Notes: a model not told the origin generated them from the letters alone. 64,000 nucleotides of DNA from Schmidtea polychroa (GCA_044892525.1 CM097885.1:77066001-77130000); one strand, 5' to 3'; positions 27,744-41,430 are shown, counted from the first letter of the stretch. Numbers and translations: made by a program.

Positions 27744-28410
27744 TGGTTGAGTATACCTAAATAACAATTTATAAATAAATAAATAGAATTACTTAGGGGG
27801 AAATCGTCATGAAAAACGGGCCGATTTAGGGCAACTCCGAGAAGGAAACAAAAATAAAAATCAATGGAAAATGAGAAGAAAACAAACAAGAAAGCAAAAC
27901 AAAGGTCATTATTAATTAATTAGTACAAAGGACAAAAGGAATTTCAAATTCCAAAAACAACAAGAGGAAAAAGGGATATCTTGACAGCTTGTCAGAGATA
28001 AAATGGGAACAGTTGGGAAATGCGGGAAACATTTGATTATCTCTAGTGCCACAAATAAAACAAGCTCTATAAAGAGAAACTGGTGGACACAAATTCAGAC
28101 ACAAACCAAGACAACAAATTAGACAAAATCAGGAAAACGAATTGTGAAGGATAATTGTTGGAAAAGAAGGTAAAAGAAAACAACAAATTCAAAGTCACAG
28201 TCGAAAAACCTATCAGTAGTTAGTGATCTTTCAATCCGGTGTTGAACAAGAGTGCTATTCCTCACTGAGTGTTGCAATCAGCATAGTATAGTCACCGAGC
28301 AGAGTGTTGAATTGATTGTCAATGTAAAGTGAAAATTAATTGTGATTATCAATAAAAATTTCTGCTGTCAAGTGTTGTTTGCGGGTAGTCAGAGTAAGAA
28401 TTTTAATTAA
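27744..28410 (+). mobile_element. LTR family B copy, diverged and 3'-truncated
   Basis: Collinear with the reverse complement of 54660-55573 and with 63253-64000 (ATACCTAAAT, TAATTAATTAGTAC, GTGCCACAA, GTGCTATTCCTCAC blocks). Confidence 0.75.
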
Positions 28411-29339
28411 AGAAGATGAACGATAGCGTTTCAGATGAGTGATAAACCAATTTTGGTTTTGACTTATTGGGCATTTACCCAGCTATTGTAATACAAAAAA
28501 AATAATTAGTCTAATTTGAAAATAAAGATTTTGTTGGGATTTGAGTTCTATTTTTTTTGATTGCTGAACACGAGGAGTCGGATAATGATTTAGTGCCATA
28601 AACGAACATTAAATTATCCCAACAATAAAAATTATCTCCTGACAAGCCACTTCTAATAATGTGAAACTCTGATTTTATTTTCAAAATATTATCAATAATA
28701 TTTTAAATAATTAATTAGTAAATAAATAATTAATAAAGAGGACCCACCCAACCCTATTATATTTAATTTACAAAATAATGTTTTTAAAGGGCTTCTCCGT
28801 CAGTTTTCTCACTCTTCTGAAATTTCTCTGGAATTTGTCGGTAATCTAGCATTTTTATTATTATTATAAGTATTATGATTATTATTAATTATTATTTATT
28901 ATTTTTAAGATTTTATTCTGAGAACAAATTCTAATAATATCAACAAATTTGTATTTATTTTAATTACAATTATCAATTACTTAGTTGGCGAAGTCCTAAA
29001 CAAAGAACTCTATTGAACCATCTAATAAAACAGAATATGATCATCCTTAAAATTAATTAATAAAATATTTTTATTATGATAAAGAAATAAACCTAGTTCT
29101 TTCCGAAATTTCATTTATATATCCACAGGTAATGTCAGTAAGTTGGATTCATCTATAAATTTATATCACATTTATTATTTAAAGTTAAACTACCCACTGA
29201 GAATGACTGAGATAAAGTTTCGCAAACAATAAACTGTAGTTCTGTGGATAGAAACGAAAGAATTTTCAAAAAATCCACTAAAATTTTATCATAAATAGTA
29301 TTGAATAAATAATTTTGAAATTCTGTTCTAAAATAGAGT

Positions 29340-29806
29340 TATAAAATTATTTTATATACAAATTAACTTTACTTTGAATTTAAAAAACTAACTATAAAAT
29401 TTGCTTTTATATTTAAACAAAGTTTTAAACAAGTCATAAAATGATTATTTAAAAAATGATTATTTTAAGATGATGAACTATAAAATAAATATTATTACTT
29501 GAAAATAATTTTACCTTTTATTGGAAATTTATTTTTCTTACATAAATTATTACCAAAAATTTAATATCTTTATAGAAATATTTAAGCACAAGTAAATAAC
29601 ATTAATTAATCTTAATTTTAATCTATATCAATTCATTAAATTTATAAAATTATTATTTATAAAATTACTTTGAATTTAAAAAACTAACTATAAAATTTAT
29701 TTTTATATTTAAACAAAGTTTTAAACAAGTTATAATTAAATTATTTTTCGTAAAAATGATTATATAAAGATGATGAACTATAAAATAAATATTATTACTT
29801 GAAAAT
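29340..29806. repeat. Direct duplication of a ~165-bp AT-rich unit (period ~300 bp)
   Basis: TTACTTTGAATTTAAAAAACTAACTATAAAATTT...GATGATGAACTATAAAATAAATATTATTACTTGAAAATA occurs at ~29370-29507 and ~29666-29807. Confidence 0.85.
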
Positions 29807-29959
29807 ACAGAATATCTTGTCGGATAGACTAGGAGTATATACACCCATGTTAAACAAGGTATGTGTATATAGAATGTATGTATAAAATTGTTGCTCCTTA
29901 TTGACAACTTCCTGTAGAGGCAAACACAGAATATTGCAAACATATAATAATTCTCTACC

Positions 29960-31705
29960 CCATAACTTAGTGTGTAAAAATTATTTTAGGTTTTTGACTA
30001 ATAATAATAATAATAATGATAATAATAATAATAATAATTAGTTTAATGGGTTGTATATGCGTGTAAAAAATATTTTAGGTTTTCACTAATATTGATAATA
30101 ATAATTGTTAATGGGTTGTGTGTGTAGAAAATATTTTAGGTTTTTCAATAATAATAATAATAATAATAATAACTCCCGCGCGTGTTAATACTTTGAAAGA
30201 AAATATTGAAAATTCAAAAAATAATAATAATATTTATGCAAAGCATGTGCAATAATTATGTCTTTGTTAAATAAGTCAATTTTAGTGTCAAAATAAATTT
30301 TTTTAAATATATTTAAATTTTAAAATAACGCAACGTAATATATTTCTGTCCTACCCCTTCATTGATTTAAGTTGGTCAGAATTTAATAATAATTTTAATT
30401 TTAATAATAAATAATAATAATAATTTGAAATTGTATTTTAAAATAATTTACGACATGTTGAATGTGAGTAGTACCTTTGCGAGCAGTACATTAGTAACCT
30501 TTACCTTTGCGACCATTACCCAATGTGTTAATAAATTTTAGTGTATATTTAAAGTATAATATTTAGAATTTCTTTGTTAAAGTTCTGTCTTGAATATTTT
30601 TAACAGTACCTTTGCGACCTTTGTGACCATTACCCAATGTGTTAATAAATTTGAGTGTATATTTAAAGTATAATATTTAGAATTTCTTTGTTAAAGTTTT
30701 GTCTTGAATATTTTTAGCAGTACATTTGTGACCATTACCCTTAGATATATGAGTAGTATGACTATATATGATAATACAAAGTATGTGCAATAATTTTATT
30801 TTGTCAACTTAACCGTCAAAATAAGTTTTTAAAATAAATTTAAATTTTAAAATACCGCAACGTAATATATTTAAAAAGTATGATGAGTCATGTGTGCCTT
30901 TGTATGCAATATGTCTTTGTTATATAAAATTGAATATAAAGATGGGGAAAGCTGGTTTGTAAATATGTCAATACAGGGATATAAAATAGATGAGATATCA
31001 CCGATTTGGAAATTAGATAGTGATCGAATTTCTCTAGGATTTTAATAAATGTTTAGTTTTTAATACATCTTTTAATATGTCTTTTAATATAATTATTTAC
31101 TATGAGTTAAGTATAGATGAATAATTTGTATTTTTTAAAAGTTGAAAATATGTGTGTATGTAAAAGTTGGATGAAAAATACATTGTTTAAGGTGTTATGA
31201 TTATGAATTTGAAGTAAATAATGATGTCATTTTATAGAGATTAAAATTCTATCTATATATTGTTTGAGTGAACATATCTCAATTTGTTTAAAAAGATGTG
31301 TAAATTTAAAAATGGTGTACTAAAAATGAAATTTCAGAATTTTGATTACGTCATAGTCTCATTTAACAGAGAATTAAATTTCAAGTATAATGACATAAAA
31401 AATTCTTATAAAAAATTTAAAATCAATGACGTAATAAACGTTTTAAAAAAATTAAAATTGTTACATAATCGGCGATTGAAGCAAATTAAAATATTACGTA
31501 ATCAATAATTAAAACAAAAATTTTACGTAATCGATGATTAAAACAAAAAATGAAATTATTACGCAATCGATAATTAAAACAAAAATTAAAAAAAGTAGGG
31601 GGGGTCTTTTAAAAATTTTAAAAAAAAATTATGGGGGGGTCTTTTAAAAATTTAAAAAAAAATAGGGGGGGGTATCTGGATCTAGAGTGCACATAACTAC
31701 CTACT
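29960..31705. repeat. Multi-tier tandem repeat block
   Basis: AAAATATTTTAGGTTTT+(AAT)n units x3 (29975-30170); a ~120-bp unit x2+ (30505-30740); TTACGTAATCGAT-type units x4 (31470-31590); GGGGGGGTCTTTTAAAAATTT units x2-3 (31598-31675). Confidence 0.8.
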
Positions 31706-32150
31706 TACCGGCCCAATATCCCCATGGGCCTACTGGTCCACAAATATTTTATTTTTTATTTTTTTAATGAAATGAAATTAAATTTTTACAATTGTTACTT
31801 CTTTCTATTTCTATTTAACTCAATGGTTGATTAACGAAACAACAAAATAAACATCCAGATAATGTGAGTAGAATGAGATGTAAATGAGATGTTCTGTCGT
31901 TCGTCCAGCACTACATAATACATAAGTCTCACTCAAAAACTTCTCCATTTTAAATCGACTCAGAAATTGTTTAAGTCAAAAACATTTGGAAGCATTTATG
32001 CTCATGGCGTGTGAAAAAGGTATTCTAAATTGCATTGACAATAATTGAGTAATTGATATGAGAGAAAAAAGAGAAATATTAAAAAACTTGTTTAATTAAT
32101 AATATTTATTTAATTAAATACTTAAATAAACACGCTAAAGATTTTATTAA

Positions 32151-32350
32151 TAAAAATCGCCATTCGTACATCTTTTTCACTATATATTTCGATAGCATCA
32201 CTATTATCATCAGGTTACCTACATTCACGAAGGATGAATAACTATACTATATTGATATATTATTCATCCGTCGTGAATGTAGGTAACCTGATGATAATAG
32301 TGATGCTATCGAAATATATAGTGAGAAGGATGTACGAATGGCGATATTTA
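32151..32350. repeat. Foldback inverted repeat: 91-bp arms with 4 mismatches, ~18-nt loop
   Basis: 32151-32241 is the reverse complement of 32260-32350 (direct comparison). Confidence 0.92.
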
Positions 32351-32745
32351 TTTAATTATTTTTAATTACTTAATTTTGATTTGTTGAAATTATTAAAAAA
32401 AATCCTTTTTTTATTATGTTAATAAATATGTCTATAAATTCCTAATGCAATGTTATTATTGGTAGGTAGTCTGTACTTTGGTAAAATACTTTTTGTAAAC
32501 ATAAACATGAGGCTTCGTGTAGAGCCATTTCTAGTGGTCATAACGTCGGAATTTCACTCATACTTTTCTCAATGCCGGTCATGCTATAGGGATAATACCT
32601 AGAAATTGTTGGTAATTTGTATTTGCTTAGTTAAAATATCTTAAAATTCGCAAATTCAGATTAAAATTATTGCCATTATAATGTTGTAATTCATCCCTCG
32701 AAGGTGGATATATGAAATAAAAATAAAAATATAGAAACGAAGAAC

Positions 32746-33570
32746 TCATTCACTGTGATTTATATGAAAGATTAGATCATCCAAAGTTAAATTCTTAATT
32801 TTAGCAATTTCTATATTCAGTTTCTCTTGTTCTTCTTCATTCAAATCGAGGTCGGAAATATTGATACCCTGTTGGAGGATGTTTTCAAATATCTCCTTAG
32901 ATTGTCTTTTCGGTCGTTTCAAACCATCTTCTTTGTACCAATCCTTAATCTGCGACTCAATCATTTNNNNNNNNNNNNNNNNNNNNNNNNNNNNNNNNNN
33001 NNNNNNNNNNNNNNNNNNNNNNNNNNNNNNNNNNNNNNNNNNNNNNNNNNNNNNNNNNNNNNNNNNNNNNNNNNNNNNNNNNNNNNNNNNNNNNNNNNNN
33101 NNNNNNNNNNNNNNNNNNNNNNNNNNNNNNNNNNNNNNNNNATTATCGATTTTATTATTTCCCATTATAAACAGAACATTTGTTTGTTTTTGCCTTGCCA
33201 TTTCCAAGTAAAACTTTATAATATTTCCAAAAATTATTGCTGGGCCTGTTGTTAATATTCCCTACTCCCAATAAATGTTGACTTATTGACATTTTATGCG
33301 ACAATTTCTCTTATGTTGAGTGCAATAATTCTCTGAATTCCTTTTAATTATGGAATTCAAATAAATATTTTGTAATAAAATTTTGTGATATTTATATTAA
33401 ATTTAAATGAATCTGATTGGATAAAAACCCATTGAATATCTTGAGTGCTCTGAAAGGTTCCAGTCACATAAAACAAAATCCTTTTGTCATCTTTGAGTCT
33501 TTTTTTACTTTTTTCAATAAAGGATAATAATGTTTGTTCTGGAATGAAATTTGGAATTTGAATTTTAACT
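32746..33570 (-). CDS. Partial orphan coding region interrupted by an assembly gap
   Basis: Protein-like frames on both sides of the N-gap (GILTTGPAIIFGNIIKFYLEMARQ..; MIESQIKDWYKEDGLKRPKRQSKEIFENILQQG..) and a possible upstream exon (VKIQIPNFIPEQ..). Splicing is unresolved. Confidence 0.35.
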
Positions 33571-33710
33571 AATATATTTTAAAATACTTAATGCCTAGAT
33601 AAAATAACTTTGATAAATAAAAATAAAAATATTTAGTCCGTCGGAAAAATCAAAGATTTCATCGGTTAATATACTGACTAAAGATTATTTAGCGTCATGT
33701 TAGAAAATAA

Positions 33711-33731
33711 ATTTGCCCTATAAAGGGTTAA
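33711..33731. mobile_element. Isolated piggyBac-like terminus
   Basis: The reverse complement reads TTAA|CCCTTTATAGGGCAAA. No partner end found. Confidence 0.45.
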
Positions 33732-34754
33732 GTGTAGTTGATGTTATTTTTGTTGATTTATATATGATATAAGTTTTATTTGTTTGACTGTGCAGTAATA
33801 ATTAAATACTTAAATATACGTTTTTATTATAATTTAAAACCATGTGCTTTTTATTTAAAAATAAAGATAACCATATACATCCGGTAAACAGCTAAATAAT
33901 TACTATTATTATTATCATAAATGTATATCACTAAAAATGTTAAATGTTTAAAGTGTTAATTATGTCCCAAAGTGTTCCAATAATTGGAATGAACTCACTA
34001 TATGAATTCACTATATTAGTATTCAGTGCTCAGAAAAATAGTGGGAAACTTAACCAAAATTCATAATTGAAGGACCCTTCTCCAATGGCCATATTAAAAA
34101 TAGTGTCATCGCATTATACAAATCTATTTTCTATTTCAAATAGTTTTTGTAACAATCGAAAGTAATTTTTTAATTAACTCTAATAAGCCAATAAAAACGT
34201 TAAATCGAAACGTTCATTCATTCCTAACCAATCATAGCTGAGATTTTATATCATGGTTTTACGCAATTGTGAACATACACACAAACACATATACATGGTC
34301 CGGTTATATTATTATTATAATAGAAATATTTTTCACACAGTCAACCCGATTAATGCCTGTTTTATCAGATGGGCTGGAATAAACTAGAATAAAAATAGCA
34401 TTTCATAACATTTTAATAGAATTGATAAATTCATATCTAATCCGAGACGGGTTTAATTGTTTTGCCCATGAATGGGAAGTATTAGCAACAATGATAAATT
34501 ATATAATAATGCCCAAACCAAGCTCTGGCCGTACAAATATTTCCATTACTAATGACAATTGATATAAGTGTATTTACTGATAATTTCAATAACAAATTAA
34601 TGGAAACTGCTTTGGCTCCATTGCAGAGAATGAAATGACAAATGAATATTATAAGGAGTGTTTAATTCAATGCAAAAATATTATTCTTTTATTGTTTAAT
34701 ATAAAGAATTAATAATAAATATTATACTAATAGCAATATAAATAATAGTAATGA

Positions 34755-34756
34755 TG

Positions 34757-34828
<72 letters not shown>
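34755..34828. repeat. (AAT)n microsatellite
   Basis: Pure AAT run. Confidence 0.95.
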
Positions 34829-34832
<4 letters not shown>

Positions 34833-34877
34833 TAATTATATTAATAATTTTAGAAATAATTGTCAACCCTTATAAAG

Positions 34878-35014
34878 TGTCAGAACCAGATAAAATTGGA
34901 TAATCAAATTTTAATAAAATTATTAATTGAAGAATTATTAATTATTATTAATTATTAAGTGAAGAATTTAAAATTAACATAATTTTAAATTGTTTCAATA
35001 ATACTTATTTATTG

Positions 35015-35084
<70 letters not shown>

Positions 35085-35118
35085 ATTTCTTATTTTATAA
35101 TTTTATAGATATATAACA
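34878..35118 (+). mobile_element. Ty3/gypsy 5' LTR (left boundary approximate) containing (TA)n; followed by a PBS TGGCGCCACGAG at 35119
   Basis: Ends ...TAACA|TGGCGCC and shares an identical ~63-bp block (from 34961) with 41330-41393. Confidence 0.7.
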
Positions 35119-36391
35119 TGGCGCCACGAGCAATAAAAGAATACTCATAAGAATTTCTATTTAATGAAAGGCTCTCAAAGTTGAAAGTCTTTAAGAGATA
35201 CAGTAACGAAAAGATTGAAGAACATTTGAAGGAAGTACAAGATTTTGTAAAGCAGTTTGGGAAACATAATTTAGTAACAGCAGACGAAGAAAAGGAGGTT
35301 TTCCTAAAGTACTTCGAAGAAGATGTAATAAAGGAAGTAGATTGCATGGCAGAGAAAGGTACGGAAAAGTCAATAGAGTGGTACACCGATAAGATTACGA
35401 AATTACTGAGTGAAAAGAAGTCGAAAACGTCAGTTATAGTCCACATATTAAATGATACAATACAAGAAAGAAACAAAAGTTTCGTTGATTTTGCCAAAAG
35501 AATACGATTACGATGTATGTCGTACGACGGAAACAAGGAAAGAATGATGAATCAAGCTTATATCGAAGGGTTACGGCATAATTTTCTTTCAACAAGTCTG
35601 AGAATTAGACAGCCGAAGACATTAGAAGAAGCTGTGGCAGAAATATAGGTGGAAGACAAAGGTATCACAACAGTGGAAGAAGGAACAAAGATCAAGGAAC
35701 AATAGTCGCATTAAAGAAAGAAATACAAAGATTGAAGCAGATTATAAAAAGTTTGAAGGCGCAAGGAACACGGCCTCGAAACGTGTGACTCTTAAAAGAA
35801 TGGCGGCTCATAAGTGTTACAAATGTAATGAACTAGGTCACATATCCCGATTCTGTAAGAAATAAGAATGGATAAAACCAAAAGAAGAACGAGCTTGTTA
35901 CCAGAGCGGCAAGAACGGTCAAATTTCAGCTAATTGCCGAGGTGATTATGAACGGCACAAAGAGTGGAATGAAATGTTTCGGGTGTGGTGGAGCGCACCA
36001 AGCAAGATTCTGCGATAAAAGGAACAAGTTTAAGTATTTCCAAGAAGAATGCGAGGAGGATATAAGAACTGAAATTATAGATACAGTAGATTCGGAAGAA
36101 CAGGAAAATAACTGTGCCGCAATGACAAAGTACAGTTGGAGTGAGAGAAAGATGATAAGAGGTCTTGCGACAAAACCAACATTGGAAGAGAAATATGCTA
36201 TCTTTCTCAATGGTGAAGGTAAAAAACCAAAGACACAGCTGAGGAAGTACGAACCAACACTGATCTCTGTTAACAGACCTGAGAAGACCCGACATAAACC
36301 AGTTGGAAATCGACAAGTGAAAGTCATGTTTGATTCAGAAGCAGATCTGAATTTTATGTCAAGAGTTAGCGGAAGATATTGTCAAAGATAA
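35118..36391 (+). pseudogene. gag: Ty3/gypsy gag (capsid plus three CCHC knuckles) and start of protease, degenerate
   Basis: MHR-like QERNKSFVDFAKRIR; knuckles CYKCNELGHISRFC, degenerate CYQSGKNGQISANC and CFGCGGAHQARFC; protease-like VMFDSEADLNFMS. Confidence 0.85.
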
Positions 36392-36419
36392 CCCAGCACT
36401 AAGAGTTTATAATTCACTG

Positions 36420-37960
36420 ACAAAAGTCACATACGCTAACGAAAGTACAGTACAATATACCTTACTATCGTTAACTTTACCCTTCTTTTCCTGCCATTTA
36501 TTCCTATTTCTAATATTGCTTTACCTTTCGTTTCTAAAACACTATTATTTGCACATCTCAATGTATCAGTCGTTGTTGTTAGTTCTACATCTTTAAGTTT
36601 CTCAAATTTGCTCCAACTCATGATATTTACTGTAGCTCCTGTATCGAGCAACCATTCCATCTTCTGGTCTTGTATTCTAATAGTTACACTTGGTCGGCCT
36701 TGCATTTTATCATAACTAATATATCATATTGCCATTCATCTAATGTGAGTATTTGTATTTTTTCTCTTTCTCTTTCTGCAAAATCCATTTTTATGAATCT
36801 CTTTATTTTCCTTATTACATTATTCTCCTCTCCGTTACCTCTATATTTTTCACATCTTTTTCTATATTGCATGATATTTTACTTTTATTATAATTATTAA
36901 TAATTTGGGAGTCAACATCGCTGTTTAATTCACTACCCCGACTATCTCCTCTTCTATCGGGGCGTTGATGTTTAAGTATTCTGTATGTATCTTCTATTCT
37001 TTCATCACTTGGTTCGTCTATGAATGCTAAGTATTTCTTGTCTGCTTGTCTTGTATCCTTTCCCATTCCTTGATAACCATTCCCTGCTTCGTATCGCTTT
37101 TATTGTCTACCAAAATTCTCAAGAATTCTCGGATATCTCATTTTCTCTAAATTTGTGCAACAATCTGTCTCTTTATGACCTCTTAAGCTACACCTCGTAC
37201 ATCTTATTTTTTGACAATCTCTTCTCACGTGGCCCGGGTACCACACGCATAACATTCGACTACCTTTCTCTGCATCTGTGGACACTGACTTCTTACATGT
37301 CCTTGTCTTCCACATGTAAAACATGTAGCTGCCTTCTTTGTTATGCAATCTCTACTCAAATTCGTTCTTAGTTCTGTTCGGTCTTTCTTCTCGATACTCT
37401 CTTGGCTCGCTATTATATCTTGGTGATACAATATTTCTTGCTTGATTTGTAACCGCGTCTCTGTAACTTCTTGTTATATTCTGTCCTGGCCTTCTTTCTC
37501 GCACTGCATAGATCTCTTTTGCAACTATACGCGATTCATGTAACTTCTTGATTTTTTTCTTCACTTCCGTTTTTCCTTTGGTGTCCCTTCAAAGTCTTCT
37601 CGGCTGCACAGTGTACCAGCAGATATTCTGTTAAACTTTCCTTGCTTAACTCATGACCCAATATTTTATCGACTAACTCGTCAATAATAGTAAAATATTT
37701 ATCGGAATCCTCCAGATTGTACATCCTCTGCCAAACTTGTCTTCTTGACGAATGGCTTCCGCAATCTTTCCTTATAACATTTGATATTTTGGCCAACTCC
37801 AGTATATATATATCTCTGATCTGTTTGTCGATCAGTAATTCCACCATCACTTCTTGTCTTGAAATAGGCATTTGTACCACTTTAAAATATTTATCGCATT
37901 CTTTAATGAATGTTTCTACATCATCTCCTCTATGATAATCGTTTGGAAATAGCTGCTAAC
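36420..37960 (-). mobile_element. Second Ty3/gypsy family gag-protease fragment in inverted orientation
   Basis: FPNDYHRGDDVETFIKECDKYFKVVQM; knuckles CFTCGRQGHVRSQC and CTRCSLRGHKETDC; protease WLLDTGATVNIM. Confidence 0.85.
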
Positions 37961-38319
37961 ATATTTTCTAAATTATTCTTTAAATCCAGTTCAAAAGTTA
38001 ACGTCATAATTTCAAGCATTTATTTAATGAAATATTGTATAATTTTCAAACAATTTTTCAGCGTTGAATAAAATATTTTCAAAACCATTTATTAAAATTT
38101 CGATATTTAAAATATATTTATTTAAAAATCATTCACTAATAAAACTTCTTTCAAAAAGCTATTTTAATTTTTCAATTTTTCAATTCAAAAATTTCAACTT
38201 AACAAATCCAATTTAAAAATTATTTTAAAAGTTAATTTAATAGTCAATTATTTACAATTTAAAATTATCTTAATAAATCATCGAAATATTTAATTCTCAC
38301 ATTGAAAACACCTCACAAT

Positions 38320-41260
38320 GGAGAAAGATGGAGAAAGGGGATCGTGACATTTTGATAAGTGACTATGTGGTACAAGGTGAAAATGGGTATATATTAGTAA
38401 AGATATGCATGTTAGAGGGAGGTTCGAAAACACTTTCTGCAGGAACCGGCTTGAGATATGTAGAAAATTTGAACGATTTTATTAATGAATCAAATGGCAC
38501 AGTGAATAAACTCGAAGGATGAAAAAATAAAAGACAATAATGGAGCAAATATTAGACAAAATTGTGTTCAGATATTAATGAGTATGATAAGCTTGAGTTG
38601 TTGAAAACACTAAAAAGTAATGAATATATTTTCAATAAATACAAGGTAGGCATTGGAAAATCTGATGAAGTGAAACATTACATTGATACCGGAAATGCAA
38701 GACCAATAGTGGTTAAGCCACGAAGGGTTCCGATAGGATTAGAAAGAGGTTGATCATATGATAAAAGATTTATTAGATGCAGGTATAAATAGACCAAAAT
38801 CATCAACATGGAATTTTCCTATAGTGGTGGTTAAAAAGAAAAATGGGGATATAAGAATGTGTGTCGATTATCGAGCATTTAATGCTAAGACGGCTAGACC
38901 CATTTTCCTAATACCGGCTGCAGAGGGGTTATTTGATACCATCGGTGCAGCCAGGTATTTTAATATGCTAGATTTATCTAGTGGGTATTATCAAGTACCA
39001 ATTGACAAAAAAGATATTCAGAAAACGGCTTTTAGTACAAAGTATGGACAATTTGAGTTCACAAGAATGCCTTTCGGACTTTGTTCAGCTCCTGCTACAT
39101 TTCAAAAATTCATGAACATGGTTTTAAGGAAGAAAATTGGATTAATTGCGTGTATCTGGATGACGTGTTGATTTTCGGAAGAACAATAGAAGAATATAAT
39201 GAACGACTTTATAAGGTGATAGGGCGTATCAGAGAATCTGGACTTAAATTATCGCCCGATAAGTGTGTATTTTTAAAGACAGAGGTTAGTTATCTAGGTT
39301 ATATCATAAACAAGGAAAGGGTTAAAACAGGTCCAGAGAAAATCAAAAGTATCAGTTCATGGGAAATTCCAGCATGAAAAAAAGAGTTGCAGTCCATCTT
39401 GGGATTTTGCAATTACTACAGACGTTTTATTAAAAATTATGCAGAGACATCAAAAAAATTGAGTGCGATGCTAAAAAATGAAAGCAGTTTGCAGTGGAAT
39501 GAGGACCGAAAAGCAGCGTTCTATGAGTTAAAGCGATTATTGTCCTCTCCGCCATTGTTGGCATTACCAAGCAAGAAAATGCAATATATTTTAGACACTG
39601 ATGCATCACATAATAGCATTGGAGCTGTCGTGTCACAGCTACAGGAAGGCGAGGAAAGAGTACTATGTTATGCGTCAAAAACTATGAGTAAGTCTTAGAG
39701 ACAGTATTGCATAACAAGGAAAGAACTACTGATAATTTATACATTTGTATGAAAATTTAAGCATTATCTACTTAGATCCAAATTTATAGTAAGGACTGAT
39801 CACCAAGCATTGAAGTGGCTTTTGAATTGGGATAGCCCAAATACATCTCAATATTGTGTTTGGAGAGCTGAATTGGAAATTTTTGACATAGTAGTCGAAT
39901 ATAGGAAAGGCAGTGAGCATGTTAACGCTGATGCAATGTCACGATTACCACCATGTGAACAATGTATAACAACCCATGGTGACCCTAAGAAACGGAGAAA
40001 TGTCAAAGTATACAAGGATGAAGAGGTTGAGGAAAATGACCATGAACCTGAAAGGACAATGAATCAAATAGTCAAGGAAGAGGATGATTGGGGACAAGAC
40101 AGGGATGCAGATATTCGGTTTATAATTAATTTGATGAAGAAAGGTGATTATTTAACTGAAGAAAATCCAAATTAATTTAAAGAGTGACAGTAAAGAACTA
40201 AAAGAATTATGGGCTCTTAAAACACATTGGAGATTGCGAGGTGGTTTACTATATATATGCCGGGATGATAAATATTTATTGGTGGTACCAAGAACGGAAA
40301 GAGATTCCATCATTAGACAGTTTCATTCCTGTTCAGTGCATACAGGTATTGAAAAGACATTGTAGCTATTAACATTGAATTTTATTGGCCAGCCATGGAT
40401 AAAGAGATATGGAAAGTTATTTTAACCTGTAAGGAATGTTTGCATAATAAGAACTTAAACGGACGAGTTAAAGTACCTTTACAAAACATTGTGGGTGAAA
40501 GACCTTTCTAGATTTTTGGAATCGACATAAAAGTACCATTTAAAGCAACAACGGAGGTTACAGATATATAATTGGAATTATCGATTATTTCTCGAAGTAT
40601 ATAAGTTTAATACCAATGGCAACGACAGAAGCACCGAACTATGGAGAAACTGGATATTAAAATTCGGTGTTCCAGAGAGAATACACTGGGATCGTGGAAT
40701 CACAACTTTTTCTCGAATACTGTAAAATCTTGGGTATAGTATTTGGAAAGAAGCAAGACTTCCAATCAAACCGACACGAGTACTAGGAGAGAAAGTTACA
40801 AATTTTGATGACTATGTAGAACAACTACAGACAGATATACAGACAATTCAAGAGAAAGTCAGACGTATTACTGAAGAAAGTATGAAGAAAACTGCAGAAA
40901 GATATAATTTAAAACATAGAATAAGGAAGCACGGATCGGAGACCTAGCGATGGTTAGAAACCAAGACAGAAAAGGTTTTGAAAGGAAATTCCTAGGCCCA
41001 TTCATTATTCAGGAAATAATAAACAAATGGAGATTTATATAATATACTATATTAAATATAGTGATAAATTAAGGAAGACGATAAGAAGAAACTTCAATCA
41101 AATTAAAATAATCAAGGGCATAGGTAAGAAATTCGAGATAGAGAGCATTACAAAGAAAACCAAAATTTGATCAAGAAAATCGAACGTTAAAAAAAAGAGA
41201 AAAAGATTTATCCAAAGAGAGAGACAAGAAATCCAAAACAACGATACCGTTTCGATTGTT
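38320..41260 (+). pseudogene. pol: Ty3/gypsy pol (RT, RNase H, integrase), multiply disrupted
   Basis: IRMCVDYR, LDLSSGYYQV, RMPFGLCSAPATFQ, VYLDDVLIFG; RNase H ILDTDAS, RTDHQAL, NADAMSR; integrase H2C2 (FYWPAM..CKEC), IDYFSKY, GVPERIHWDRG, GPF. The integrase core carries a deletion. Confidence 0.92.
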
Positions 41261-41271
41261 GGCGAGGAGGA

Positions 41272-41430
41272 TCGTATACGGATTAAATTTATATTTAATT
41301 CTTATATTATAATTTAAAAGTTTTATTTTGAAGAATTTAAAATTAACATAATTTTAAATTGTTTCAATAATACTTATTTATTGGAATATATATTTAGAAG
41401 TATTTCTTATTTTATATATATATATATATA
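41272..41430 (+). mobile_element. Gypsy 3' LTR remnant after the PPT GGCGAGGAGGA
   Basis: A purine tract at 41261-41271 and the block shared with the 5' LTR. Confidence 0.6.
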
